DNA from: Saccostrea echinata
Lineage: Eukaryota
DNA: 64,000 nt
Direction of reading: 5' to 3'
Assembly (NCBI RefSeq): GCF_033153115.1
Contig: NW_026889805.1
Span: 20,026,001-20,090,000 of the forward strand
The notes below the pieces were generated by a model. The model made no database searches, was not told where the DNA came from, and was given only the letters and a program-made list of their open reading frames with translations. Below, piece by piece: positions 1 to 13,151 of the stretch (its first letter is position 1; each line of letters opens with the position of its first letter). The position numbers and the translations under genes are program-made.

Positions 1-2568
1 AAATAATAATAACATTATTTTCATTTCTTAATTTTGAAATAAATCGAAATATTCGAATAACGTCAATAAAACCGATATTTTCTTTGAAATGTGTCTAAAT
101 GTTTGCAACTTATAACGCGGTAAATATGAAACATAAACTAAGGGCAAAGAAATATTTGATTCCATGCAAAAAATTCACATTATATTTCTAACGAGGGTGT
201 AGTGAAATTAATAGCACTATTGTAGGCTTATAGCTTTGTTATGTAAATACATTACCTCTGACCCTGACGTTATATAGAAGGGACAGCCTGTTCTTCTAAA
301 TATGTAAAGGTTGTCGTGGTAACTATGCTTGATAGGTAGTCTGAAGTCAGCCCGTACAGTTCATTCTATCAATGCTGCTAAAATATCGATCATTTGTAAA
401 ATATAATCCATGCATAGTAAATCTCAAAACTATGAGGTGGGTCAATATTAAGATCATAAAAAAAATATTTATTCATTGATGAAATGAATTATATTTAATC
501 GTAGCAAACAAACTAACGTTTTATTAAATCGCCACAAGAAAAAATACACCAGCGTGAAAACAAGTTGTCTTCTTCAGCAGCCATGACAGTTCTCATGTGA
601 TGTAATGACTTTTGATTGAAAACGTTTAATACTGCAGAAGATTAACTTTTGTTATCACTAAACAGATATATAAATGTTTATGAGGTATGTATTTTATTTT
701 TACTGCATTATTTACGTATGAAGTAAGAAAAATTCCCATATTCAGTTCAAGATCCGCTCCCAAATTCTCATTGGCTGTCCCAAAATAAAATCGGTCAAGG
801 TCAGTAAACTTTAAAGTTTACGGTAAACTCGGACTTTACTAAATATTTTGAAAAAAAATATGCTCTGAATAATTACATCAAAAACATTTATTTTAAAATG
901 TTTCAGATTACATTGTATGATTTCATTTAAAAAGTGGAAATGGTATTGTATGATCCAAAGAGTTGTAACCCCTCCCCCCCCCCTCCCCAGGAAAAGGCTT
1001 CATTATTTCAGCATTAAGTACTTTCAAGTTCCTACTTTCCTACTTAGGATACCCTTGGTAAATGTCCGATATGCACATGGATGCATTCATAACAATGTCA
1101 ACCCGTGCACGCACAGGTCAAAGTCTAGTGTTTGTTAAAGCTTCTTTTAATTCTCAATTTCAATATTGTAAATATTTTTTACCATATATTTTTGGCATGC
1201 GTTTTTAAAATTGTTGCTCAAAGAGGAAAATTCACTACTTTGACCTACAAGATGGCGGCCAAGGGGAATAACTCCGGGGGAAAATACGTCATAGGAAAAC
1301 CATCTATTCTGACGTTCAAAAATCATTGTGACGTCATATATATTGCAAATGGCTTGACCATTAACTTTTCACATTTTAAACTTCTCAAGAACTGATAGAT
1401 AAATATTTAGCCTATTTGACAAAGTATCACTTAGCATCCTTGGATGAAGGAGAAGCAAGTTTTCCCCCCAAAAATGAAAAACAACACCCTCTTCAAAGGA
1501 AAGGAATTCAAGAAAAGGGAAAAATAAACTGGGTGTCTAATCTTCTTTGGGTAAATAAGATGAAATTCTGACATCGTGTAAATATAATTTTTTTCAATCA
1601 ATACCACCGTATATAAAACGATGCACAATAGTGAAGTAGAGTTTTACAAGTAAATAGGAAAAAATATATATAAAGAGAGAGAGAGAGAGATAGAGGAAAA
1701 ATTGTTCTTAATGGACTTTTGTGAGAAGCACTGACTTTTACAGTCGGCGGCTTACTTTGAGATTTAAACCTGCCAAGTATGTACGGAGGTACAGAATTGA
1801 TAAAAGATAAGAAATCCTTAATAGTGGTTATAGGTATTTTGTTTTGGACACTAACATGATTAACTGGTATGCAATCAATGCAAGAGATGATGGGAGGCAG
1901 AATTACGTATAGCTTAAATTACCTTATTCGTGAGAGTTAGTACATCCTTTCAATCCCATTTTCTAAAGGAATCAAGTAAGGAAGAAAAAGCATTCCGGAA
2001 GGAAAACTAAGCAAGAGTAGGTCAATGTGGGAAGGGAGAGGATTGAGGGTAGGGTGGTTGCCGTTCCCTTCCTAGACAACGTGCATTGAAATGGCCCATT
2101 ATTATCGTTTAATTAACTGTTAAGTTTAACATGTATATCGCAAAAGAGCTTCCATATACTTTCCAAGTGTAAAAGTAAGCCGTCGACTGATAAAATCAGC
2201 GCTTCTCGCAAAAGTCCAATAACCACTGGGCCAGGGAAAAATGAAACGCAGTCAAAATTTTTGTGACACAATGTTGATTATAAAATGTTGAAATCATGGA
2301 CCCCAGACATAAAATCTGTCTAAAAAGGAGAACTTTTGCTTTGGAATACATTGTTAGATTTTTTTTCTCAAGAACTACTGAACCTAAAAAGATGAAACTT
2401 ATGTTCAGTCTTTCTAAGAACGTGTAGATTCTAAATCATTCAAACTGAAGCTTCCTTGAAGATGGGGTAGGATTGAAGTTTAACATTGAGAGTGCTATTA
2501 GTATTAAATTGGAGAGTATTAAATCTGCAATAAATCTGCAATAATCCTGTTTCAACAATTACTTTCAG

Positions 2569-5405
2569 ACAAGAGACGGAAATTGCACAGATGAATAGAG
2601 AACTAGATAAAGAAAAAAAGGAATGCAAAAATCTAGAGGAAAAATTGAAGAAATGTACGGATGAAAAAGAAAGGTAATTTTTTTTTAATGAATTACACAT
2701 TTTTTTTAGCAGTTGACTTTACATTGGGTGAAGGTAGTGTGAAGCAATGTCAATCACCGTTAAACAATTCTTTTCAGCCAAGCGACAGAAATCGCAATGT
2801 TGAATAAAGATCTTGAAAAAGACAGAAAGGAATGCGAGAATCTGCAGAAAAGACTTGATAAAAATACGGAGGAAATTGAAAGGTTAACATTACAGCCGAA
2901 AAAATGATACTTATTTGTAAATGTCAAGAAATATTTGTCAAAATGATAAAATATAATACTTTTCTAATTACCAGTAAAGTTTATTCTCATAAAATTTCGT
3001 TGTTCTTTATAATGAGATATTGAAATGTGTGAGGAAAGATATATATATATATATATATATGTCAGTGTACTATGCATGTAGTTAGTGATACGGAAAAGGA
3101 TAAATATTTATCTCTCTTATTCTTTCTCCCTATCCCTCTCCCTATTTATTTAATGTGTAAAAATGTTAACAGTGCAAGTTCTGATATTAATTACAAAAAT
3201 TTTAGGAAAAAAGAAACCATTAAGGGTTTAGAGAGCATAATAGAAGAACGGACAGCAGAAAAAGAGAAGTGTGTATTAATTATAACCATTATGATAATAG
3301 AAAAAATAGATATTATAATTTTTTTATGTTTATGATAAATTTTATACTGATTTTACTTTCCCTGTTTATTAATGCTTTGTTTTTCATCATTTTCGTCTTT
3401 ATGATTTTGCTCAAGTCATAACTACTAGTATTCAATTAAATTTCATTTTATTTAAACTTGCGTTGAAAAAAAAGAATGTTTGAATTAACGGTTTTCTTCC
3501 AGATGATAACGAAATTTTCCTTAAATATCTAGTAAATGGTATTTTTTATATAAAGGAAATGCAAAAAAAAGTATTGTAACTCTGAGAAATTCCGATCTTG
3601 TTTGTAACCCTAATTTTCGATTAATCTACAGATCGATTCTTGAAATAGAAACCTCCAAATCCTTCATAAAGAAATTGGAAAAAGAAAAGAAAGCACTTCA
3701 AGAAGATGTAAAGTATGTACATATATAACTATTTTTAAGGGAGTCTTTGAAATAAAGAGTAAAATAATACATCTGCATTTTGATTTAATTGAACTAAGTT
3801 CATGCAAAAACATAGATCAACAGAAAAATACTTTTGATTTACACGTATTTTATATGTCTGAATCCAACTTACAATTCAGTATATGGTTTCTTATTTTGAG
3901 TGAAGTTTATTTTTATTACTTTTTAGTTCACCTGAGTTGAAAGCTCAAGTGAGCTTTTCTAGTCACAATTTGTCCTTCTGTCCCTGTACCTGTCTGTTCG
4001 TCCGTCTGTAAACTTTTGACATTTTCGACGTCTTCTCAAGAACCACTTGGCCAATTTCAGTCAAACTTGCCACAAAGTATCCTTGGGTAAACGGGATTCA
4101 AGTTTGTTCAAATGAAGGACAAAGGGGAGATAATTACAAATTATTAAAAAGTTAATGGCATCATTTAAAAATCTTCTCCAGAACCACTGGGCCATGAAAG
4201 ATGAAACTTATTTGGAAACATCCTTAGGTAGTGTTAATTCAAGTTTGTTCAAATCATGTTCCCCGGGGTAGGGCGGGGCCACAATGAACGATCAAATTTT
4301 GACATAGGAATTCATGGGAAAATATTTAAAAATCTTCTTCTCAAGACCCACTGAGCTAGGAAAAATGAAACTTATGTTGAAACGACTGAAGGTAGTGTAG
4401 ATTCAAGTTTGTTCAAATCATGACCCTTGGGGGTAGCACGAATCGACAACGGACGATCAAATTTTTAGATAGGTATACATAGGAACAATCTTAAAAATCT
4501 TCTTCTCAATAAAAGCAGAGCCATGATTGATCATATTTATATGGAAGCATCATCAGGTAGTGTATATTCAAATTTGTTCAAATCATGAACCCCGGGGGTA
4601 GGGTGGGTCCACAATGGACGAACAAAGTTTTACATAGGAATACATAGGTAAAATCTTTAAAAATCTTCTTCTCAAGAACAGCAAAGCCATGATTGGTCAT
4701 ATTTATATGGAAGCATCATCGGGTAGTTTAGATTCAGATTTGATCAACTTATGACCCCTGGATAGGATGTTGCCTCAATAGTGAAGATAAAACTTATAGG
4801 AAAAGAAATACTTAAGCCTTGATTTGTCAAAGAAATATGGAAGCATCCTAAGTTAGTGTAGATTCAAACCATGCCCCTCCCCTTGCTAGTTGGGGGTAGG
4901 TTGATACCATGCACATGAAATACTGGCCCATGGGTCTCTTGTTTTTTTTTAACTTTTGATCTCTGTCATACCATTTTTATATGTCGTAGTCAATCATACA
5001 TATGAATTTCATCAAACTTGTAGGTTGATATCTAAAACTTTTCATCGCTATATATACGAGGGGTGATTAAAAAGTTCGCGAACTATCTCTATATTTACAA
5101 GCAAAAACTTTAAAAATAAACAGAAACTTTCAAATTCGGTAACCGCTCTTGAATTCACTTTCAATTTTAACGTAATGTTACTGAAACAATTTACAGAAGT
5201 CCATAGCAATTTTGTGACGTGAACCAGGCTATTGTGACGTCTACTACTCTCGCGACAGGAATGGGGTCAATTACTTTAAAAAGTAATTAATTAAATTACA
5301 ATTACTTTTACTTTTTCTACAATTAAATTACAGGCTTTCTAAGACTTGTAATTAATTAAATTACTATTACTTTGCAAAAGTAATTAATTAAATTACAAAT
5401 TACAT

Positions 5406-5437
<32 letters not shown>

Positions 5438-8400
5438 TTTTGAAAATTTTTATAATCCTTACAGAACATCATTTATTTGTATATAAGCTCAGCCTCTGCA
5501 CAAACAGTACAAGAAATGCTATAGGCATTGTGTATCATTGTGGTTTAATTTATAACATTTATTTACAAAACATTAAAGAATCTCTTAAAGAACTATTCGA
5601 GATCAGTTTGATGCAGTTTCCACCACACAAAACCTACATGTACACAAATTGCATGGCTTATGATATTTGATTAAAACTGGGTATTTTAATAGAGTAACAT
5701 GAGTCGCAACTGTAACCCCTCAAATTAAATATTTCCTTTGAAGGTAACCTGAACATTCTAAGTTGCTATTTATGTTCAACAATTTTACTTCATAAATAAT
5801 ACTTGTACAGAAGAAAATTCATTCATAAATATCTGTTTAGATGTTAAAATGATTATCAAATCGAAAGTTTTTCTTTTCTAAAGCTAGCGGAGCATTTTAA
5901 ATTGAAATAGTTATCTCCATTGGCTTTGTCTTCTAAATCAGGGAATGAATATCTCTTTAGAGTAGTTGATTTGTTTTGATTGCAATTTACAGCTGTGATC
6001 CGGAAGGCAATTATCTCTCCCCAACAAGAGAGAACTTAATTAATGACACACACCTTCTTTTTCTTTATTATTGATCAAACAACAAAGATTGAAATATAAT
6101 AAATGTGTGTTTCATAGCTGAATAGACCAAAGAAGGGTGGTTCAAAATTCAGATTTATAAACATAAATAAAAAAAAAATTCAAAATTTACATAATGATTA
6201 GAAAGAAACTAGATTATTATTTATTTATCAAACCAATCATTTAATTATTTGTATGTAAACATTAACTTAAGATTTTGTTTTTAAAATTGAAGGATTGAGG
6301 ATATATTTTACAATAACATAAAAAAACCCAGTAAAGTTGGGAGGTACAATGTAGTGGTGACAATATGTCATGAATATACCATGAGTGTGTATTATATAAA
6401 GTAATTGAATTTAATTAAAAAATTAATTGACATTTCATGGTATTTTTTTCAGTGTAATTAATTAAATAATAATTACATTTAATTGAAAAAAAAATTCAAT
6501 TACAAATTACTTCCAATTACTTCAAAAAATGAGTTATTATTACTCTTAATAAGAGGTTAACTCCTTACTGGAAGAAGAAAAAAAAATGTAATTAATTACA
6601 GTCAATTACAATTACTTTTTTCAATTACCCTATCCCTGTCTCGGGAGTTTTCTTTCAACGAACGAGTGCGGGAAAATGCACTAAGTCTCCGAAGAGGTTG
6701 AATATGATAACTAAAGTGTTCCAAGGAATGCATGTGTCGCCTGTTTTGTAGCTTCATTAAAGATGTAAATAAATCTAAGTTTAGTTAGATATTTATTTAC
6801 TACTTCCATGATGGTTCATGCAGAAAAAAAACATCCACACATAGTATAAGACTGCGATAGAATCTGACAATGATAGAAAATATGATTCTTAACCCTAAAA
6901 TGAAGAATTAAGTTAAAGTTATCATAAATAATTATTTATCATTTTACATGCATTAATACGTATTTCAAAGTCTTTTCTCCAATTGTCAGTCTACAAGATC
7001 CATTGTGGGATCCATATCCCGATGTTAGTTCATAGTATTTCAGTATCAGTTTGTGTGGTAACTGAATATCATACAGTTTCAAAGTACAGTATCATGAGCA
7101 CATAAACATGTAAAAATGCTAATTATCAACACCCCGCCTCTCAAAATTCAAAAGACTTACGTTATATTAAACTGTCCGGGGTATATTATGCAAAGTAGGT
7201 CAAAGGTCAAGGTGAAGTGAATTGTAACGCTGGTAATTTTCATGATGTTTAATGACAATTAGTGCACATGCTAAATAGCGTAGATTTACCTCTTAAATGT
7301 CAAAAATATGATGTATATTGGCACTATTCACTTTTTTGTTAAGTAGGTCAAAGGTGAAGGTCAAGGGTCGTGAGGCCGGTAACCACGACAATTCACAAAA
7401 GCCATAGTGCCAAGCAATGTATGTGCAAAATATCAAGTCCATATGTCTTACAGTTCTTGAGATACAAGGTGTGACAGACGGACAAACGGACAGCTAAACA
7501 GACGGACAGACAGACAGACACCGGGTAAAGTGATCCCTCAGTGCAGCTCTGCTCTGCAGGCGACACAAAAAGCATGGCGACGACAGGGAAATATGAAGTT
7601 TTATGGGCCTGTCACGTGATAATCTAGAATCAATAACGCGTTGTATAAATTAATTATTATGAGGTATAATAAAATAATTTGTACAGGGTTTATGAAGTAC
7701 AAAGGACTTGCAAGAATTTCGGTCATTAATTGGATTGATTGTTTTAGTGAAGGAAGGGAGATGGTTAAAAATGATGTTTATTCCGGTGCCCAGTAAAAGT
7801 ATGCTGGGAAAGAGATGTGGCATTAGTTGAGCAATTTGTTATGAAAGATCGCCAAGTTACAGTTAGAAAAATACTTGAATGGCATAACAATGAAATATAA
7901 ATTAAATCCCTAAAATATCATTTACTTCAGATTTTAAACATATCAGATATGATAAAGAGAACGCATCCATACTTGATTCTCATTTAAAAAACGACGCATC
8001 CAAGACAGAGGAGTCGGGTTGTGTTGGTCACCATGCTCATTCTGGTAAAATATATCCTTATCCACCCACCCTATTTCTGAGATTTGGCCATTGGTGACAA
8101 AAGGACTATTCTTGTTTAAATATAATCAGCATGGTAAAACAAATAAGATTCAGGAAAATCTTTTAGCTGCTGTTAGCTGAACACTACGGAGCATGTCACG
8201 TGACTGCCTGGACCACGTGTTTCGCGCATGAGCAGAACGATGACAGATGTGCATTAAAATCTTTAAAAAACTTTAAAAAATAATACACACTGAAACCTAA
8301 TTTTGTTTCTTTTATTGAAGTAATTCAATTAATTCGCGAACTTTTTGATCACCCCTCGTATATGACATGTATATGTGAAACAAAATGATAGTGTTCCTTC

Positions 8401-11400
8401 GTAATTTCATATACACGCGTATTTAAAATGCATGTTTGAAATAACTCTCGATATTTTTATTGAACTTTTAAAGAAATTTAAGACATGAAATTCAGAGGCA
8501 GACGGAAATAATTCAAGAGTATACAAGAGCGTATGAAAATCAACATAGAAGTCTGGAAGAACAGAGGCGATCTATTGATAAACTACAGAAAAGTTTATCA
8601 GAAGAAAAAAAGGCGAAAGAAAACGCATTAAATAGGTAGATCTACATTTTCGAATTCAAACTATCTGTTTTATTAAAAAAAAAATACTTTTCTCTTCTTT
8701 TGATGTACAAAAACCAATACTGAATCACTTTAGACTTAGTGCTGCTGCAGCCAATAGACTTAGAGACCAGAATCCCGGAATAACAGACCTAAGTGATCCG
8801 AACCGTCCCCTGAAATTAGCTGAAAAGGTGTCCGAGTTGTATGACAACGAATGGACAAACGCCATGGAGAATTTAGAATCTGAGCTTAATATTCAAGAGG
8901 AAAAAGGGATAAAAATTTTATTAAAAATTATTAAAGTGAGTATATCTTCATATTCTATGGTCGATATACAAATGTAATGACCTTGTTTGCAAATACCAAC
9001 AAGGGTCGGATTTTGATAGACAATGCCAATTGTTTGGCCATTGTTTTTATACTTAATTTTGACTACGGATTACTCGTTTACCCAATCAATGTAGAGGGCC
9101 AACGTACGGCAGCTGTTACCAATCGACAGGGGATACTTACTCCTCCCAGGCAACTGATCCCTCTTCTGGTGTCGCAAGGGGTCCGTGTTTTGCTTTCTTT
9201 TATGAGATTGACCACTGATCGTTATCTTCTTTAATTATAATGTTATATGTATGTTTAATGCATTAAAAGCACTATGATTTAAGGATCTCCGCTTTATCCG
9301 ACAGGAAGGATGATTCTCAAAAATCATTGTTTAATTTAAAAAGTCTCAAAAGGAAGCTTGAAATTGAAATATTTTCATACAACAATTTTCATATTATTAG
9401 GCTTAATTCTCAATATGATTCAATCTTCTTTGAAGTCTTAGAAACAGTATTTTTAAAAATTTCACATTTTTACCCCATTCAAGAACAACAATAATAATTT
9501 TTAGATAAATCGAATTTCTTGACAAAAAAAAAAAAACAAAACACACAAACAACAAACAAACAAACAAAAAAACCAAGCGCAAGCAATTTTTTTTCCAAAT
9601 GTCTGGATACCTATACTATTTTATCCTAAAATATATTTGTTGATCAAATTTTGATTAGAAAATGCATAGCTGGTGCATTTATTCCTGAAATTATATCTAA
9701 GATTGATAATTTTCTCTTTATAATATGATAAACTTTAATGATGAACTTTGAAGAAATACCGTCGGTAAATACTCGTACACATTTCTTTTTTGAATTCAGA
9801 GACATTTTTGTGAGCCTTATCTATTATTTAACTGCTGCTTGTCAGAATCTGAGGAAGTTGTCTTCAATATTTAAAGCAAATACTTTTAAAAAAGAAAAAA
9901 CATTAAATGTATCCTAATTTGCGTGGCCGACGGAACTTGACAAAGAAAGGGGTCACTTTGACCATCGTATTTTTTTTCGCCCACCTGTCTGTGTATCTGA
10001 AGAAATCTCATTCACCTGTAAGCCCTGAGCACTTGAATTTGAGGTGCTAAATTGTTACCAGTTTTACCAACCAAATGAAATAAATAAGCTCTTCTTTGCT
10101 TAAAAAAATAATTTTTTAATGTGTTAATTCAAGTCCATACTTGTTAATCACTTAAAACAAATTGTAGTTTTTTGGTAGATAAATGTACACGTTGTTTTGC
10201 AACACATTGTATCATACATGTTAAGAAAATTTTTTTTAAGTGTTTATGTTTCAAAATTGTTATTAAGGTATTTGGAAATTAGCCACTAAAATAAAAAGTA
10301 CTTTCTCACAAAGGGAAGTAAAGTACATACTGTAGTGTCTGAGCTTTTCAAATAATATAGAAGTACATGTACTGGTACTATATTCGTACCACTGCAATAC
10401 AATGTACTTACACATCAGTATTTATTATTTTAACGTTAGGGACGTACAAATTTAGTCATTTAACTCAATTAGACATTATGTGTCACATTATTTGTGAACA
10501 TCAAGATTTTACAAACTTAATGTTTTATATGAAAAAACACTGTAGAATTAATTGTGAATTAGCTAAGTTTATAAATTTTGACTATTAAAACTATTTATAT
10601 TTATACAGAATGTTTTTGACGCATGCGCTGAGTTTGGAGACAACCACCTACAATCCTTCCCTGACATGTTGATTTTACCTCCATCTTTTATAAAGAGAGG
10701 GGAAGAAAAAATGGTAATTTTAAAATATGATAGAAAATTAAAAGCAAGGCTTACAAATATTCTAATTACCACAGTTGATATTATGTCTTTGTTAGCGTCA
10801 CATACACCAATAAAGATGTTTAAAATCAGCTGTGGGGACTAGATTCAGCGTATACGGGGAAAACAACCAACATAATAAGTAATATGTGTCTAGCAACCCC
10901 GACAACATTCCTTTGTACTCTCAATGCATTTGTTTTTATTTTAGATCAGCATTAGAGATCTACCCTCTGAAATGCTTAAACCAATGAAAGATTTTCGAAA
11001 ATCGCATGCAAAACACGCAATAAATCATTTGCAAAAGGTATGTAACATGTATTTTTTCTAAACATTATGATGTTTTATTATTTGATATCAATTACCGATT
11101 AAAGAACTACGCACGCTAACTCTCCATCCCCGCTTACATTTTACACCCATTTATTTCAATACTAATGTCAATTTGGCCGTAAAATATTTGTTGAATGCAA
11201 AGAACAGTTCAATGATAATTGACTGATAATTTTAACGCCAGCGTTAAATAGTTAATTATCCCTATTTCCAGCTCTTTAAATAAGGGGGGTAGACGATATT
11301 TTCCATTGAAATCGGGCTTTAAAGCATCACCACATTTTTAAATATTCTTGGATATAAACAGATGTTCCTTAAATCTTTTCTAATGTTTTACACATATAAA

Positions 11401-13151
11401 TTAAACATATATTATTAGCAAAATACAATGTTTTTAGTTGCAAACCCTTTTGATATTGGTGAAAAATAATCATTGTTGTAGTTTTTTGTCTGTAAACATG
11501 TGCCTCCCCCCCCCCCCCCTTGAAACACAAAAAGCTTTGGTACGAATTTGTGAAATGACAGTCCATATTACCTGTAAAATGGAATTTTTGTTTCACGGGG
11601 GGGGGGGAGAGAGAGAAAAAGAGAGAGGTGTTTTAAAAATGTTTTCCGTTTCTCTTGATTTCTATAGTGAAAAACTCAAGGTTTACCAAAATTACAATCT
11701 GATTAAAATCAGATCTTTGTTACGCTCCGAAATTCTGATGGTCGCTGTACAGCGACCATCAGAATTTCGGAGCGTAACAAAGATCTGATTTTAATCAGAT
11801 TGCCAAAATTATAGAGTTATCTCTCTTTGTTTTCCCAAAAAAGTAATGTTTTATGAAAATTCATATAAATATCTATATAAGTATGAAAAATCATTCAAAT
11901 GTGTTAACTTTTGAAAATTGACTTGGAGGTAGGCGGGAGAACCATACTATCGTTCGCAGTTCTTTGACGCAATTGCAATACCAACTGGACAAAGCTTTTA
12001 GGCATAAATCTTATTTGAATAAAGATTTGCTAGATAGATGATTCTGTATTTGCCAATGAATTTATGAGTATGTTGGGTGTGAAAGGCACTTGTGTAATTA
12101 CCCGGTGTCATTTTATTAGATTTAATGGAAAATCTAGCATTTACCATATGCTCTTATACGACTGTTTTTTTCTTTTATAACCTTGAAATAAATTTGCAAA
12201 GTCGTGTCACTGTTTCATGCTAGCATAAGTATTTCCCTGTTGTTTTTGTATATATTTCTCAGTTTAATCATTGAAAGGGAAAATGAAGTAAAACTGTGTT
12301 CAGCTCTGAAGATTTATTATTTTCTTTTGAAGTTCTTTTCCACAGATGAAGGAAAGCCGAAATTGCACATAAAGGAAAAAGTATTCAAGGCCTGTGAAGA
12401 ATACGTGAATAAGTGTATAGAGCTTTGCTGGATGATGCGCATTCAAGATCCACCAATTTACATGGAAACAGAATACCCGACTAATTCAGAATTTGACTCA
12501 AATAAAATGCGATCGTACACAAAGGCAGGAAAATTCATACATTTTGTTGTATGGCCTACTTTTTTCCTGCACAAGGATGGTCCACTGTTGGCAAAAGGGG
12601 TAGTGCAAGGGAGCAAAACAGAAATAAAAGATATAAAAGAAATCAATGGCGATGAAGAGTGTAGTTCGTCAAGCTCTGACTCTGACGGTGAAGAATTTGA
12701 TGACGCCCGGTCACGAACAGATTCACAGCCAAGGGATAATCTAAAGAAAACCGCCTCTCAAGATGACGCGGAGCCAAATCAGCAAGGGAATAAAGAAATC
12801 TCACAAGAAGCAGATGGAACATCAATCAATGAAACGAATGACAAACCAGAGGGACCAAATGACACCAACGACATCGCAAAGGGGCCAAATAACACCGACA
12901 CCACACCAGAAGAACCAAATAACACCGACACCAAACCAGAAGAACCAAATAACACTGACGAAAAACCAAAGGAACCAAATAATGATTTGCATATCAACCA
13001 ATCAAAGCCGCAAGGAAGTGAAGCAGCTGATCAAGAGGAACCAGTTAACTCAGACGAGACAGAGGGAGAAGACGGGAGTGAAAGGGCTGCTGAGCAGAGA
13101 GATGCATCCGTTGACAAAACACAAAATAAGGCAGAGGAAACAGATGTATAG
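2569..13151 (+). CDS. MIEAP/SPATA18-domain coiled-coil protein, paralogue 1 (about 580 aa; acidic low-complexity tail; 5' end uncertain)
   Basis: GT-AG exons that stay in frame: 2569-2673, 2778-2882, 3206-3268, 3632-3712, 8474-8635, 8734-8935, 10609-10713, 10945-11037, 12333-13151. They encode a K/E-rich coiled coil, then RLRDQNPGITDLSDPNRPLKLAEKVSELYDNEW, then CIELCWMMRIQDPP...FVVWPTFFLHKDGPLLAKGVV. This resembles the SPATA18 pattern C..AFAMQ..EPP...VWPAL....VIMKG (recalled, not searched). A phase-compatible start exon is possible at 674-684 (ATGTTTATGAG|gt), or the gene may start upstream of the window. Confidence 0.82.
3921..4950 (+). mobile_element. Helentron-associated non-autonomous element (HINE) with about 166-bp internal satellite array
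   Basis: Starts TTTTAGTTCACCTGAG..AGCTCAAGTGAGC, then a (GTCY)n-like tract, about 5 tandem units (AAAATCTTCT anchors near 4169, 4329, 4493, 4660), and ends with GGCCCATGGGTCTCTTG and a T-run. This is the architecture of oyster Cg170-type satellite-bearing elements. Confidence 0.8.
5256..6638. mobile_element. hAT-type non-autonomous element nested in the mariner
   Basis: Termini CAGGAATGGGGT / ACCCTATCCCTG, subterminal AATTAC repeats, 8-bp TSD TCTCGCGA / TCTCGGGA (one mismatch). Confidence 0.75.
6709..7572 (-). mobile_element. HINE-like element nested in the mariner
   Basis: Subterminal inverted repeat TGTGTCGCCTG (6733) / CAGGCGACACA (7557), adjacent (GACA/GACG)n microsatellite, internal AGGTCAAAGGTCAAGG motifs. 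Confidence 0.65.
9055..9232. repeat. Fragment of a common oyster interspersed repeat
   Basis: GC-richer CGACAGGGGATACTTACTCCTCC..CTGATCCC..GGGGTCCGTG tract recalled as an abundant ostreid repeat; class not determined. Confidence 0.4.
11101..11966. mobile_element. MITE (Kolobok-like termini)
   Basis: Imperfect TIR AAAGAACTACGCACGCTA / TATCGTTCGCAGTTCTTT with TTAA / TTGA flanks. Confidence 0.55.
11695..11802. mobile_element. 108-bp perfectly palindromic mini-transposon with 9-bp TSD
   Basis: Perfect inverted repeat centred on TGTACA, flanked on both sides by CCAAAATTA. Confidence 0.85.
12835..12985 (+). repeat. Coding 30-nt tandem repeat (EEPNNTDTKP-like, about 5 units)
   Basis: CCAAATAACACCGAC units with a 30-nt period in the tail of paralogue 1. 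Confidence 0.85.

Larger units (their letters stand above)
5057..8358 (+). mobile_element. Defective mariner element, copy 1, with nested insertions
   Basis: TIR CGAGGGGTGAT(T/C)AAAAAGTTCGCGAA at both ends, TA target duplication. The segment at about 7680-8358 aligns with copy 2. Confidence 0.85.
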
